A DNA stretch of 64,000 nucleotides, taken from the NCBI GenBank assembly GCA_965217775.1, contig CBDCJH010000002.1:3808001-3872000 (forward strand), written 5' to 3'. Under the pieces are notes generated by a model. It worked only from the letters and a program-made list of their open reading frames with translations. It did not search any database and was not told the origin of the DNA. Made by a program: the position numbers and the translations under genes. Source of the DNA: Acidobacteriota bacterium. Its GTDB lineage: Bacteria; Acidobacteriota; UBA6911; RPQK01; JAJDTT01. Below are positions 37,790-47,272 of the stretch, piece after piece (position 1 is the stretch's first letter; each line of letters begins with the position of its first letter).

Positions 37790-38572
37790 ATGTTGTTGCA
37801 GGATAAAGTCGCTCTGATCACCGGTGCAGCCTCGGGAATCGGACGGGCAACTGCCCAATTGTTCTCGAGCCGGGGCGCCAAAGTGGTCGTTGCCGATATC
37901 GATGGCGCCGGAGCCGCAGAGACGGTCCGGAACATCAGGAGAGGTTCCGGCGAGGCCTTCTTTATCCAGGCAGACGTGGGAAGGATGGACTCGGTGGAGG
38001 CGATGGTCGGGTCAGCTCTGGACCGGTATGGCCGCCTGGACGTCGTACACAGCAACGCCGCGGCCTATGTGCTGGGGACGGCTTCAGAGACGAGTGAGGC
38101 GGATTGGGACCGCACCCTCGATGTCTGTTTGAAAGCCACCTGGATGATTGCCCGCTGTGCCCTGCCCCCCATGGTGGCTCAGGGTGGCGGCACTTTCATT
38201 ATTACGGGATCGGTTCATTCCATCCGAGGCTACTCCCTCCATGCAGCCTATCAAGCCTCCAAGGGGGGCCTACTGGCTCTCACCCGGTCCTTGGCCGCAG
38301 ACTATGCGCCCTCAGTTCGGGTGAATGCGATTCTGCCGGGCGCGGTGGAGACCGGATTGTGGAAAGGTCTCTCCCAGGCCGATCGTTTGAAGATCAAGCA
38401 AATGTGTCCCCTGCGCCGGAATGGTCATCCGGAGGATATTGCTCAAGCCGCTTTGTTTCTGGCATCCGACATGTCAGCGTACATGACGGGCGCCTACTTG
38501 GTGGTGGACGGCGGTTTGAGTTCCATTATCGAGATGCCGGAGTGGCTGTGGTCAAGACTCAAATCCCGATGA
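37790..38572 (+). CDS. Short-chain dehydrogenase/reductase
   Basis: TGAASGIG; YQASK catalytic motif; VRVNAILPG; VDGG. Confidence 0.93.
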   Translation: MLLQDKVALITGAASGIGRATAQLFSSRGAKVVVADIDGAGAAETVRNIRRGSGEAFFIQADVGRMDSVEAMVGSALDRYGRLDVVHSNAAAYVLGTASETSEADWDRTLDVCLKATWMIARCALPPMVAQGGGTFIITGSVHSIRGYSLHAAYQASKGGLLALTRSLAADYAPSVRVNAILPGAVETGLWKGLSQADRLKIKQMCPLRRNGHPEDIAQAALFLASDMSAYMTGAYLVVDGGLSSIIEMPEWLWSRLKSR

Positions 38573-38665
38573 GGACTCAGGTAAAGCCCGAAGAGCAGCA
38601 GCAACCAGCAACACCAGCGATCGGGAGATTTTGGCGGTATCGGTTCAAGCGCAGGGGCCAAGGCG

Positions 38666-39412
38666 ATGGGTAAGCTTCAGGGAAAAGTTGCTTTAGTCAC
38701 CGGAGGAGGCACCGGGATAGGAAAGGCAACCTCTCTCCTGTTTGCCCGGGAGGGAGCAGACGTCGCCGTGAACTTCTCCCGTTCCAGATCCGATGCTGAG
38801 GAAACGGTGTCTGAAATACGGCAACTCGGCTCGCAGGCAATCGCTGTCTGTGCAGATATCTCAAACGACGACGCCGTAAGATTGATGGTCGGGAAAGTCG
38901 TGAAGACGCTGGGGAGGCTGGATATTCTCGTCAACAACGCGGCGACTACAAAGTTCGTCCTCCCAAAAGATCTCGAAGGAATGACCGAAGAGCTCTGGGA
39001 CAAGATCCTCGAGGTGAACGTCAAGGGCACTTTTTTTTGTTCACGAGCAGCGATCGCTGCCATGAGAATTCATGACGGCGGGCACATAGTCAATGTGTCC
39101 TCCGATTCGGCCTTCACCGGAAGAGGAAGTTCCATTGCCTATACTGCTTCCAAAGCGGCAATTATCAATATGACTCTGGCATTGGCTATCAGCCAGGCTC
39201 CGGCGATTCGCGTTAACGCCGTGGCGCCCGGAGTCGTGGAAACTCGCTGGATCGATAAGATAAAGCCACTTGCAGACGAGGCTCGGAGGAAAAATCCTCT
39301 GCAACGGCTAGCCTACCCAAACGACATCGCCGAAGCCATTTTGAGTCTCGTGGTTAGCGATTTCATCACGGGCCACACGCTGGTAGTAAACGGCGGAGCC
39401 ACGCTCGTGTAG
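38666..39412 (+). CDS. Short-chain dehydrogenase/reductase
   Basis: TGGGTGIG; NNAA; YTASK; IRVNAVAPG. Confidence 0.93.
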   Translation: MGKLQGKVALVTGGGTGIGKATSLLFAREGADVAVNFSRSRSDAEETVSEIRQLGSQAIAVCADISNDDAVRLMVGKVVKTLGRLDILVNNAATTKFVLPKDLEGMTEELWDKILEVNVKGTFFCSRAAIAAMRIHDGGHIVNVSSDSAFTGRGSSIAYTASKAAIINMTLALAISQAPAIRVNAVAPGVVETRWIDKIKPLADEARRKNPLQRLAYPNDIAEAILSLVVSDFITGHTLVVNGGATLV

Positions 39413-39447
39413 CCACGGCTGGAGTGCGGTAAGGAGTTTTCCCAATT

Positions 39448-40551
39448 ATGAAATCGAAGGCGGCAATACTCTTTGAAGTGGGCCAACGGCTCGATATTCG
39501 AGAAGTTGACGTGGAAAAACCTCGGGCCGGTGAAGTTCTGGTGCGAATGGCGGTCGGCGGCATATGTCACAGTGATCTTCATGTGATGACGGGACACTTG
39601 AACGCCCCGACACCGTCGATCCTGGGTCATGAGGGCGCTGGGACTGTGGTCGAAGTCGGCTCGGGGGTGACCTCCGTCCGACCTGGCGACAACGTCATAC
39701 CCCTTTGGCGGCTCAGTTGCGGCGAATGCGAATATTGTACTTCGGCGCGACCGGCACTCTGCGCCGTGGGACTGAAGATCCGGTCTACGGGACGGCTCTT
39801 GGACGGTAGCAGCCGCTTCTCCCTCAACGGGTCCGAGATCAAGCACTTTCTGGGAGTCTCGACTTTCTCCGAATACACCGTGATTCTGGAAAAAGCGCTG
39901 GTGAAGGTTCCAGAAGACATCCCTCTCCAGCAGGCAGCCTTACTGGGCTGTGCCGTGATTACCGGAATCGGAGCGGTGATGAATGCCGCCCGAGTGAAGC
40001 CGGGCAGTCAGGTCGCGGTTTTTGGCAGTGGAGGAGTCGGCTTGAACGTGATCCAGGGAGCCGCTTTGGCGGGCGCCGAAAAGATCATCGCGGTCGACCT
40101 TTTGGACAACAAGCTCGAAATGGCGCGACAATTTGGAGCCACGCACACGGTCAATGCGTCAGCGTGCGATCCGGTCGAACAGGTCCGGTCGTTGACCGAA
40201 CAGAAAGGAGTGGACTATGCCTTCGAGGTTATCGGGCTTCCCAAGACAGTGCGACAAGCCTTTGACAGCTTGGCCAAGCGCGGTGAGACCATTGTCCTCG
40301 GAGTCACCCCTCTGGAAACCGAAGTCTCGATACCGATCATGCCCCTCATCTTTGAGGAGAAAGTTGTCAAGGGATCGGTCTATGGCTCGAGCCGGCCTCG
40401 AATCGACATCCCCAAGTTGATGAATCTCTACCGGGCCGGGAAACTCAAACTCGACGAATTGGTGACCCGCACCTACTCTTTCGATCAGATCAACGAGGCT
40501 TACGCCGCACTCGAGCGGGGCGAAGTGGCTCGAACCGTGGTTCTGATGTGA
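39448..40551 (+). CDS. Zn-dependent alcohol dehydrogenase
   Basis: CHSDLH; GHEGAG; CGECEYC...C structural Zn site; GSGGVG. Confidence 0.94.
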   Translation: MKSKAAILFEVGQRLDIREVDVEKPRAGEVLVRMAVGGICHSDLHVMTGHLNAPTPSILGHEGAGTVVEVGSGVTSVRPGDNVIPLWRLSCGECEYCTSARPALCAVGLKIRSTGRLLDGSSRFSLNGSEIKHFLGVSTFSEYTVILEKALVKVPEDIPLQQAALLGCAVITGIGAVMNAARVKPGSQVAVFGSGGVGLNVIQGAALAGAEKIIAVDLLDNKLEMARQFGATHTVNASACDPVEQVRSLTEQKGVDYAFEVIGLPKTVRQAFDSLAKRGETIVLGVTPLETEVSIPIMPLIFEEKVVKGSVYGSSRPRIDIPKLMNLYRAGKLKLDELVTRTYSFDQINEAYAALERGEVARTVVLM

Positions 40552-40602
40552 GCTGGACTGGCGACTGTAATCCGTTGAGGGGTGGAAACAGAGGGAGACG
40601 AC

Positions 40603-42582
40603 ATGGCTGAACTCGATCGACGGGACTTTGTCAAACTGGGTGCGGCCACGGCCGCCGGCGCCGGCGCACTGGTGAGCTGTTCAAGGGGAGAGAAGGAAAG
40701 TGCGCCGCCAACAGCTTCCACCTATGAGGCCGACGTGCCGGACACGCTGGATTTGGCAGAGCGGGCCCGGCTCTCGGTCAACTCTTTGACCGGAGCAGTC
40801 GACCTCCAGCAGAACTGCGAAACCTTCCAGTGCCTGCACTTTGACACCAACCCACCTTATTTCACTCACAACACCGGAGGTCCGTGTCTGCCCAAGGCGA
40901 TTCATGTCTTGCCGCTGATGCGCAAGATGAGCGGCAGCAAGCTCCACGCCGATTATGACGGCAGGATGGTCGATGCTTTGCTTACGGATATCGACGAGAA
41001 CGGTCTCTGGTGGCTCCGTTATGCCGGAAAGCCCTCTCGGGAGGGTTTTCCCAATTACGGAGAAGATGTTTACTGGCCCTTCCCCCATGCTCGGCTCATG
41101 GTCGCTTTGATGGCCTGGCACGAGTTCGACAAAGACCCGAAGTGGCTCAAGATCGGGAGGCATCTGGCCGGGGGGCTGCAGAAGGTGGCGCAGCAGAACG
41201 ACCAACGTGCCTGGTTTACCAACAATAAGCCGACCTTCCTGGCCCGCGCGGCCATGGCGGAGGAATACGAAGATCTGGTTGCCATGGGTGAAGGGAAAAA
41301 GCCGACCGGGAAAGGCGGCTCCGGTCCGACGGTCGAGGAGCCGGACAAAATCAATTTTCAGGTCATCGGCAATCCCTTGCGCGCGCTATCCCTATGGGCT
41401 GGTGTCAGCGGAGACGAGGAGGCGCTCGAACTGGCCCGGAAAACAGCGCGCTTTATGCTCAAACCCACCATGTGGGGATCTTCCGACGGACCGACCATGA
41501 TTGCGGGGCCGGAGCACGCTCATTGGGAAGGTCACTTCCACACTCGGACCACCGGTGTGATGGGAATGGTGGACTACGCCATCATTGCCAACGATTACGT
41601 GGCCAAGCAATTCGTGCGCCATTTCTATGAATACACCCGGAATGCCGGAATCGGCCGCATTGGGTTTTTCCCCGCGGTTCTAGGTCCCCTGGAGAAGATC
41701 CAACAGAACAACCGGCGGGCCTACGGGGGATCCGCTCAAGTGTGTGAGACCTGCTCGATCGGAGACATGGTCTATATCGCCTGCCGGCTGAGCCAAGCCG
41801 GGATCGGTGATTACTGGGACGATGTCGACCAATACGTGCGAAATCACCTGGTCGAGAGTCAGTTGTTGCGTCGCGACCTGATCGAAGAAATCATTGAGAC
41901 CGCCAGCGAGCACACCCTCAACCCTGAGATCGAGTCCGGCGAGCGAGTCATCGAAAGAGGACTGGGCGGTTTTGCTTCCGTCTCCGACCCGACCATGCTG
42001 CATGCCTGGTGGACGATGTGCTGCAATGCCAACGCCCCTGTGGGGCTTTACGAAGCCTGGAATTCGATCGTCCAATACAGTCAAGGTCTGGCCCAGGTGA
42101 ATTTGCTCTTGAACCGGGCTTCGGCCTGGGTCGATATCGATAGTCACCTGCCCTACGAGGGCAAGGTGGGATTCAAAATCAAGACGGCAAAAAAGCTGAG
42201 TGTGCGCATTCCCACTTGGGCTGACAAGAGGGCGGTACAGTGCCAGGTCAATCAGAAAAGCATCTTGCCGGCATGGTCGGGCAATTATGTTTTGGTTGAT
42301 CGATTGCAGCCTGGTGATGAAGTGACCCTGACTTTTCCCATGGTGGAGACCACGGAATATCACACCGCGCCCACCTATGAGATTCAATACACCTGCCATT
42401 TCAAAGGGAATACCTTGGTTGACATTTCGCCGCGGCCGGACAAATTCGCCTGGAAACTGATGGCCTCGGACGATGGCGCCAAGATTCCTGTCAGGAGAGG
42501 GTATCCGCTCTATTTGAGGGAGTTCTATAAGGGTGCCCAAGCCCCGATGAAGAAGATTTCCCGCTATGTCCATCCGGTTTAG
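40603..42582 (+). CDS. Tat-exported GH127/GH146-like (cysteine glycosidase-like) protein
   Basis: DRRDFVK Tat motif; CETC and MCCNANA, matching the Glu-x-Cys and Cys-Cys Zn motifs of GH127; VNLLLNRAS; LPYEG; VRIPTW. Confidence 0.6.
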   Translation: MAELDRRDFVKLGAATAAGAGALVSCSRGEKESAPPTASTYEADVPDTLDLAERARLSVNSLTGAVDLQQNCETFQCLHFDTNPPYFTHNTGGPCLPKAIHVLPLMRKMSGSKLHADYDGRMVDALLTDIDENGLWWLRYAGKPSREGFPNYGEDVYWPFPHARLMVALMAWHEFDKDPKWLKIGRHLAGGLQKVAQQNDQRAWFTNNKPTFLARAAMAEEYEDLVAMGEGKKPTGKGGSGPTVEEPDKINFQVIGNPLRALSLWAGVSGDEEALELARKTARFMLKPTMWGSSDGPTMIAGPEHAHWEGHFHTRTTGVMGMVDYAIIANDYVAKQFVRHFYEYTRNAGIGRIGFFPAVLGPLEKIQQNNRRAYGGSAQVCETCSIGDMVYIACRLSQAGIGDYWDDVDQYVRNHLVESQLLRRDLIEEIIETASEHTLNPEIESGERVIERGLGGFASVSDPTMLHAWWTMCCNANAPVGLYEAWNSIVQYSQGLAQVNLLLNRASAWVDIDSHLPYEGKVGFKIKTAKKLSVRIPTWADKRAVQCQVNQKSILPAWSGNYVLVDRLQPGDEVTLTFPMVETTEYHTAPTYEIQYTCHFKGNTLVDISPRPDKFAWKLMASDDGAKIPVRRGYPLYLREFYKGAQAPMKKISRYVHPV

Positions 42583-42703
42583 GCGTGCGGACAAGAGTTT
42601 CGTCCTTGCCGGCTGCCGGCGCTGCCGAAGGATTGGGCTGGTGTGGCAACCAGGTTCCTGTATTCTCAGATGACATGGATTTTCATTTCTGGGGGATTTG
42701 GCG

Positions 42704-43597
42704 ATGACAGATGCAGCAGCCCCGTTCCGATTCGGGAACGCAGCCTACGGCTTCCGGGAGTACGGCTTTCCGGAATTTTTCGAGGCTTGTAGCAGGATCG
42801 GCACGCCGGCGGTCGAGATTGACGCTGGATGGTTCGATGAAGGCGAAGCCAAGAACCGGGTTTCGTTGGACGCCACCGCCCGGGAACTCGACCAGGTGAA
42901 GGAATTGGCGACGGCGGCCGGCGTGAAAGTGACCGCGCTGGGAGGTGGCGCCGTGGTCGGCCTCGCAGGTGACGTCGCCGAGGATCGCTCCGCCGAGATC
43001 ATGAAGGCGGTCGACATTGCAGAGGTCCTGGGCGCGCAAGTGATTCGGGTATTCACTGAACACGATTTCACCCACTCCAAACACTACGTCCTGACACCTG
43101 ACCGGGTGACCGACGCGCTTTACGAGACGCTGGCCATTGCCTTCAACAAATTGGGCGATTACTTGAAGGGCAAAGGAATTCGTGTGGGAATCGAAAACCA
43201 TGGCGGCACCTCGGCCACCGGCGCCGGCCTCAAAAAACTCTTGGACCTGGTGCCTCACCAAGAAATAGGAGTGACCTACGACCCCGCCAACTACGCTTTT
43301 GGGGGAGAAGATCCTTTCCAGGCGTTGTTGGCGGTGCAGGATCGAGTCGTCTATACGCACTGGAAAGACGTCGCCCAAGCGCCTGACAAACCCAGGGGCG
43401 TTGAATACCGAGCCTTCGGAGAGGGTGAGATCGACTGGTTTCCCATTATCAGCACGCTCTTGGACTCCTTTGACGGAATCTGGGCCATTGAGTACGAGCG
43501 CAAGGAGGCCAGTACGCTGGAAAATCTTGCCGAAGGCACACGAAGATCGAAGCAGAATCTTGCAACGATCATCGAGCAGGTGAGGAACGCTTCATGA
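42704..43597 (+). CDS. Sugar phosphate isomerase/epimerase (xylose isomerase-like TIM barrel)
   Basis: IENHGG; YDPAN; THWKD; GEGEIDW; AIEYE. Confidence 0.88.
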   Translation: MTDAAAPFRFGNAAYGFREYGFPEFFEACSRIGTPAVEIDAGWFDEGEAKNRVSLDATARELDQVKELATAAGVKVTALGGGAVVGLAGDVAEDRSAEIMKAVDIAEVLGAQVIRVFTEHDFTHSKHYVLTPDRVTDALYETLAIAFNKLGDYLKGKGIRVGIENHGGTSATGAGLKKLLDLVPHQEIGVTYDPANYAFGGEDPFQALLAVQDRVVYTHWKDVAQAPDKPRGVEYRAFGEGEIDWFPIISTLLDSFDGIWAIEYERKEASTLENLAEGTRRSKQNLATIIEQVRNAS

Positions 43598-45279
43598 TTC
43601 GGGTCCGAAACTTCACTCACGTTGCCATCAGCGTCCCCAACGTCGAGGAGACCGTCGAATTCTACGAAAAAATTGTCGGGCTCGAGACGAGCGGCCGCGA
43701 CGACGGCGCCGCCTTCTTGCGCTGTAACCGCAACCACCACTGCCTGGCTATTTATCCTGGCGATCGGGCTCTGCATCACCTCGGATTGGAAGTTTCCGGT
43801 GAGCCGGCTCTGGAGCAAGCCGAGCAAGAGCTGGCGGCACGAGGTTTCCGCCCCGAGCCCCGAGACTACTGCGAACCAGGTCACGGATCCGGCCTTTGTT
43901 ATCGCGATCCCGACGGAAACAGGGTGGAGCTCTACGCAGGAATGCAAACCCTGGATCAACCGTTGGAACCGCGTGAAGTCCGACCGGTTGGTTTCGGCCA
44001 CATCACGCTCATGACCGCCGACCTTCCGCGTTGCGCCGCGTTTTATACGGATGTTCTCGGATTTCGGATTTCGGACACCGTGGACGACTCAGCCATCTGG
44101 ATGCGGTGCAACCAGCAGCACCACGGTGTCGCCATCCTCCAAACCGGCCAGGCCAAGGTGAACCACTATGCCTATGACCTGGCCGACTGGAGCGAACTGA
44201 AAAAGATCTGTGATCATCTTTGGAAGAATGACGTTCCCATCATCTATGGCCCCGGTCGTCACGGTCCCGGGCACAACATCTTCATTTACATCCCTGACCC
44301 TGCCGGAAATGTGATCGAACTGACCTTGGAGGTGGACCAGATCTGGGACGAAGAAACCTACCGGCCCCTGAATTGGACCAACGAACCCAAAACCGTCGAT
44401 GTCTGGAGAGCACTCCCACAGCCTCCCTACATGCTGGAAGGGGAAGGCCGTGATTTTACGGATTGGTCGACCGGCTCCCCTCTGATCGGACGAGGCTGGA
44501 GCATTCCCCAAGTGGACGGCCACGAGCTGCTCGATCCAACCGCCACCGTGACTCCTCCTAGGTCGGAAACGCCCGAGCTGAAAATCGAGATCCCTGCCTT
44601 TACGCTCAAGTTCGATAATCCTCTCGACCACGTGAAGGCCATGTTTGTGAGCGATCGGCGCTATCCCACGGGCGAAGGTCTTTCCGTTTCCGTAGACCTC
44701 TGCGTTGAGGTGAATGGGACCGAAGGCAACCCCTTCGGCGCGGATCCGGATAATCCCAAGTTGGCAAACGGGGCCATCGCGTTGATTGACAACACCACCG
44801 GGGTGGTTTTGAACTTGGGGGTGTCAAATCGACGTATCCTGGCGTTACGCGAACACTTCCAGGTGAAATCACCCACGGGCAAAGATTCGACTCTGCCCAT
44901 GATCGATCCGCTCCTGACGGACATCACGATTGAGCCCGGTTCGTGGCATCGTTACGAAATTCGTTATCAGCCGGGAGAGGACGGCTGGTTGGAAGCTGCT
45001 CCCGACCACGCTCAATGGCTGGTGGACGGCCGGGTCGTTCGCGAAGTCGATTGGGTTGCCACCATCGACGAGCCCTCGGCTCCCATCGTTCTACCCGCCC
45101 GGTTCCGGGTCCTCATGGCCATTTTCACCCTGCTGGACGATCTTCCCGACGGGAGGGGAGGCGTTGTGCCGGGACTCGATTCCCAATACCGGCACTCACT
45201 CTTTGGACAAGGTGTCACGGCTCGTTGGCGCAATTTGAAGGTCCTGGCCTCCAGTCAAGCCGAGCACATCAAGACGTGA
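43594..45279 (+). CDS. Extradiol dioxygenase-like double-VOC protein fused to a C-terminal DUF6081-like domain
   Basis: N-terminal ~290 aa: GHITL, NQQHH, GRHGPGHNIFIYIPDPAGNVIE. C-terminal ~260 aa: PAFT..LDHVK, GTEGNPFG, WLVDGR, FTLLD, LFGQG. Confidence 0.72.
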   Translation: MIRVRNFTHVAISVPNVEETVEFYEKIVGLETSGRDDGAAFLRCNRNHHCLAIYPGDRALHHLGLEVSGEPALEQAEQELAARGFRPEPRDYCEPGHGSGLCYRDPDGNRVELYAGMQTLDQPLEPREVRPVGFGHITLMTADLPRCAAFYTDVLGFRISDTVDDSAIWMRCNQQHHGVAILQTGQAKVNHYAYDLADWSELKKICDHLWKNDVPIIYGPGRHGPGHNIFIYIPDPAGNVIELTLEVDQIWDEETYRPLNWTNEPKTVDVWRALPQPPYMLEGEGRDFTDWSTGSPLIGRGWSIPQVDGHELLDPTATVTPPRSETPELKIEIPAFTLKFDNPLDHVKAMFVSDRRYPTGEGLSVSVDLCVEVNGTEGNPFGADPDNPKLANGAIALIDNTTGVVLNLGVSNRRILALREHFQVKSPTGKDSTLPMIDPLLTDITIEPGSWHRYEIRYQPGEDGWLEAAPDHAQWLVDGRVVREVDWVATIDEPSAPIVLPARFRVLMAIFTLLDDLPDGRGGVVPGLDSQYRHSLFGQGVTARWRNLKVLASSQAEHIKT

Positions 45280-45375
45280 GCAGCAAGCGCAAGATCGACA
45301 ACCGAAAAGCAAGTCCCATCGAGGAATTCCGACGTCCAGCCGGCCAGTTCTTGACACCTCCCTGATCGTCTTGTG

Positions 45376-47058
45376 ATGAAGACTACGCTTCGAATCGGCG
45401 TGACGTTTCTCCTTGGACTTGTGGCCGACAACACCTTCCTCCCAGCCCAGGCTCCGATCAAGTTCGTCGATCGAAGCCGGGAGTCCGGGCTGAATCGTCC
45501 GATTGTCTATGGAGGCGTGGAGTCGCAACGCTACATCCTGGAAACGACCGGGACGGGAGTCGCCGCTTTCGATTATGACCGGGACGGACGGATTGACATC
45601 TTTCTGGTCAACGGCTCCAGATTGGACGGCGCCTCCGGCGATCCTCCCTCCAATGTGCTGTATCGAAATCTCGGAAATGGTCGTTTTTCAGACGTGACGG
45701 CGCCTTCCGGCCTCAAGCGCTCGGGCTGGGGACAGGCGGTCTGCGTCGGAGATATCGACAACGATGGATGGACTGATCTTGGCGTGACCTACTACGGGGA
45801 GATCGTGCTCTACCGGAATCGAGGAAACGGAAGCTTTGAAGACATCTCGCAGAGCTCGCGGATCGGCGGCCAGCGGCGTTGGAACGCCGGTTGCACCTTC
45901 CTGGATTACGATCGCGACGCCGACCTGGACCTGTTTGTAGCCAACTATGTGGACTACGCCGAGGCCACCCGGCATGAGCCCGGTTCCGGCGCCAACTGCA
46001 GGTGGCGGGGCATCGCGGTCATGTGCGGTCCGCTCGGGCTCAAGCAATCGGCCAATATCATGTTTCGCAATAACGGAGACGGCACTTTCAGCGACGTCTC
46101 CCCGGCCAGCGGCATCACCGCTGCCGAAGGGTTTTATTGTCTCATGCCGATCACGCTCGATTTCGACGAGGACGGCTGGACGGACATTTATGTCGCCTGC
46201 GATACCACCCCCAACATCCTTTACCGGAATAACCAGGATGGTACGTTTGCGGATGTGGGCATGATCTCGGGAGTGGCCCTCAGCGACAACGGAAGAGAGC
46301 AAGCCGGCATGGGAGTCGCAGCTGCGGATTACGATTTGGACGGACACCTCGATCTGCTGGTGACAAATTTCTCCGACGACACCTCGACCCTCTACCACAA
46401 CGACGGAAACTCCACTTTCACCGACACGACTTATCTGGCCAAGCTGGGGAAGGACACCCAATACTTGAGTTGGGGAACGGGTCTGGTCGATTTTGACAAC
46501 GACGGCTGGAAGGATGTGTTTATCGCCAGCGGGCACGTTTATCCCGAAGTCGACCGTCACCCCTCCGAAATTACCTACCGGCAGCAGCGATTGGTCTACC
46601 GAAATCAAGGTGACGGCAGCTTTAGAAACGCCTCCAGCCAAGCCGGAGACGCAATTGCCGCCAAAGCGGCCGGGCGAGGCGTCGCATTCGAGGATCTGGA
46701 TGGTGACGGGGATTTGGATATCGTCGCAGTCAACCTGAACGACACCCCTTCTTTGCTGATCAACGAAAGCACTTCAGAGAACGGTTGGCTGATCCTGGAA
46801 CTGGAAGGTGAAAGCAGCAACCGCAGTGCCATTGGCGCGCGGATTCAAGTGGCCGCCGGAGGACGAATCCAAACCGACGAGGTGCGGAGCGCCTCCAGTT
46901 ACTACTCAAGTAACGGACTGCGTGTCCATTTCGGCCTCGGCAAGGAGAGTCGGGCCGAGTGGATAGAGATCCAGTGGCCCAGCGGCAGCCGGCAAAGGTT
47001 TGAAGAGGTCCCGGCACGCCGAGTCATTTCCGTCCGCGAGGGAACCGGTATCCGATGA
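45376..47058 (+). CDS. CRTAC1-family protein (FG-GAP repeats plus ASPIC/UnbV)
   Basis: Seven DxDxDGxxD repeats; YILETTGTGVAAFDYD; SNRSAIGARI...VHFGLG. Confidence 0.92.
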   Translation: MKTTLRIGVTFLLGLVADNTFLPAQAPIKFVDRSRESGLNRPIVYGGVESQRYILETTGTGVAAFDYDRDGRIDIFLVNGSRLDGASGDPPSNVLYRNLGNGRFSDVTAPSGLKRSGWGQAVCVGDIDNDGWTDLGVTYYGEIVLYRNRGNGSFEDISQSSRIGGQRRWNAGCTFLDYDRDADLDLFVANYVDYAEATRHEPGSGANCRWRGIAVMCGPLGLKQSANIMFRNNGDGTFSDVSPASGITAAEGFYCLMPITLDFDEDGWTDIYVACDTTPNILYRNNQDGTFADVGMISGVALSDNGREQAGMGVAAADYDLDGHLDLLVTNFSDDTSTLYHNDGNSTFTDTTYLAKLGKDTQYLSWGTGLVDFDNDGWKDVFIASGHVYPEVDRHPSEITYRQQRLVYRNQGDGSFRNASSQAGDAIAAKAAGRGVAFEDLDGDGDLDIVAVNLNDTPSLLINESTSENGWLILELEGESSNRSAIGARIQVAAGGRIQTDEVRSASSYYSSNGLRVHFGLGKESRAEWIEIQWPSGSRQRFEEVPARRVISVREGTGIR

Positions 47059-47114
47059 ACGATCTACAGTGAAGCGCCTCAAGAAAACGCGATAGCGACA
47101 GATTTGGCAGCTAG

Positions 47115-47272
47115 CAGTCCGTGGTGAAAGTCCCGCGAGCACCGAGACCGTTCCTGCGCCCGCCGGACAAGGCGCGATTCGGGAGCATACCGGGAGTATG
47201 TGACCGAGTCGCAACGCAGTCCGCCGGGATGCAGGGACGGTCGAATGCCGTGACGACTTTTGCCACGGACTG
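47115..47272 (+). mobile_element. 158-bp MITE, copy B
   Basis: Near-identical to copy A. Flanks are CTAG and CTAT; it abuts the stop codon of the minus-strand CRTAC1 gene. Confidence 0.9.
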
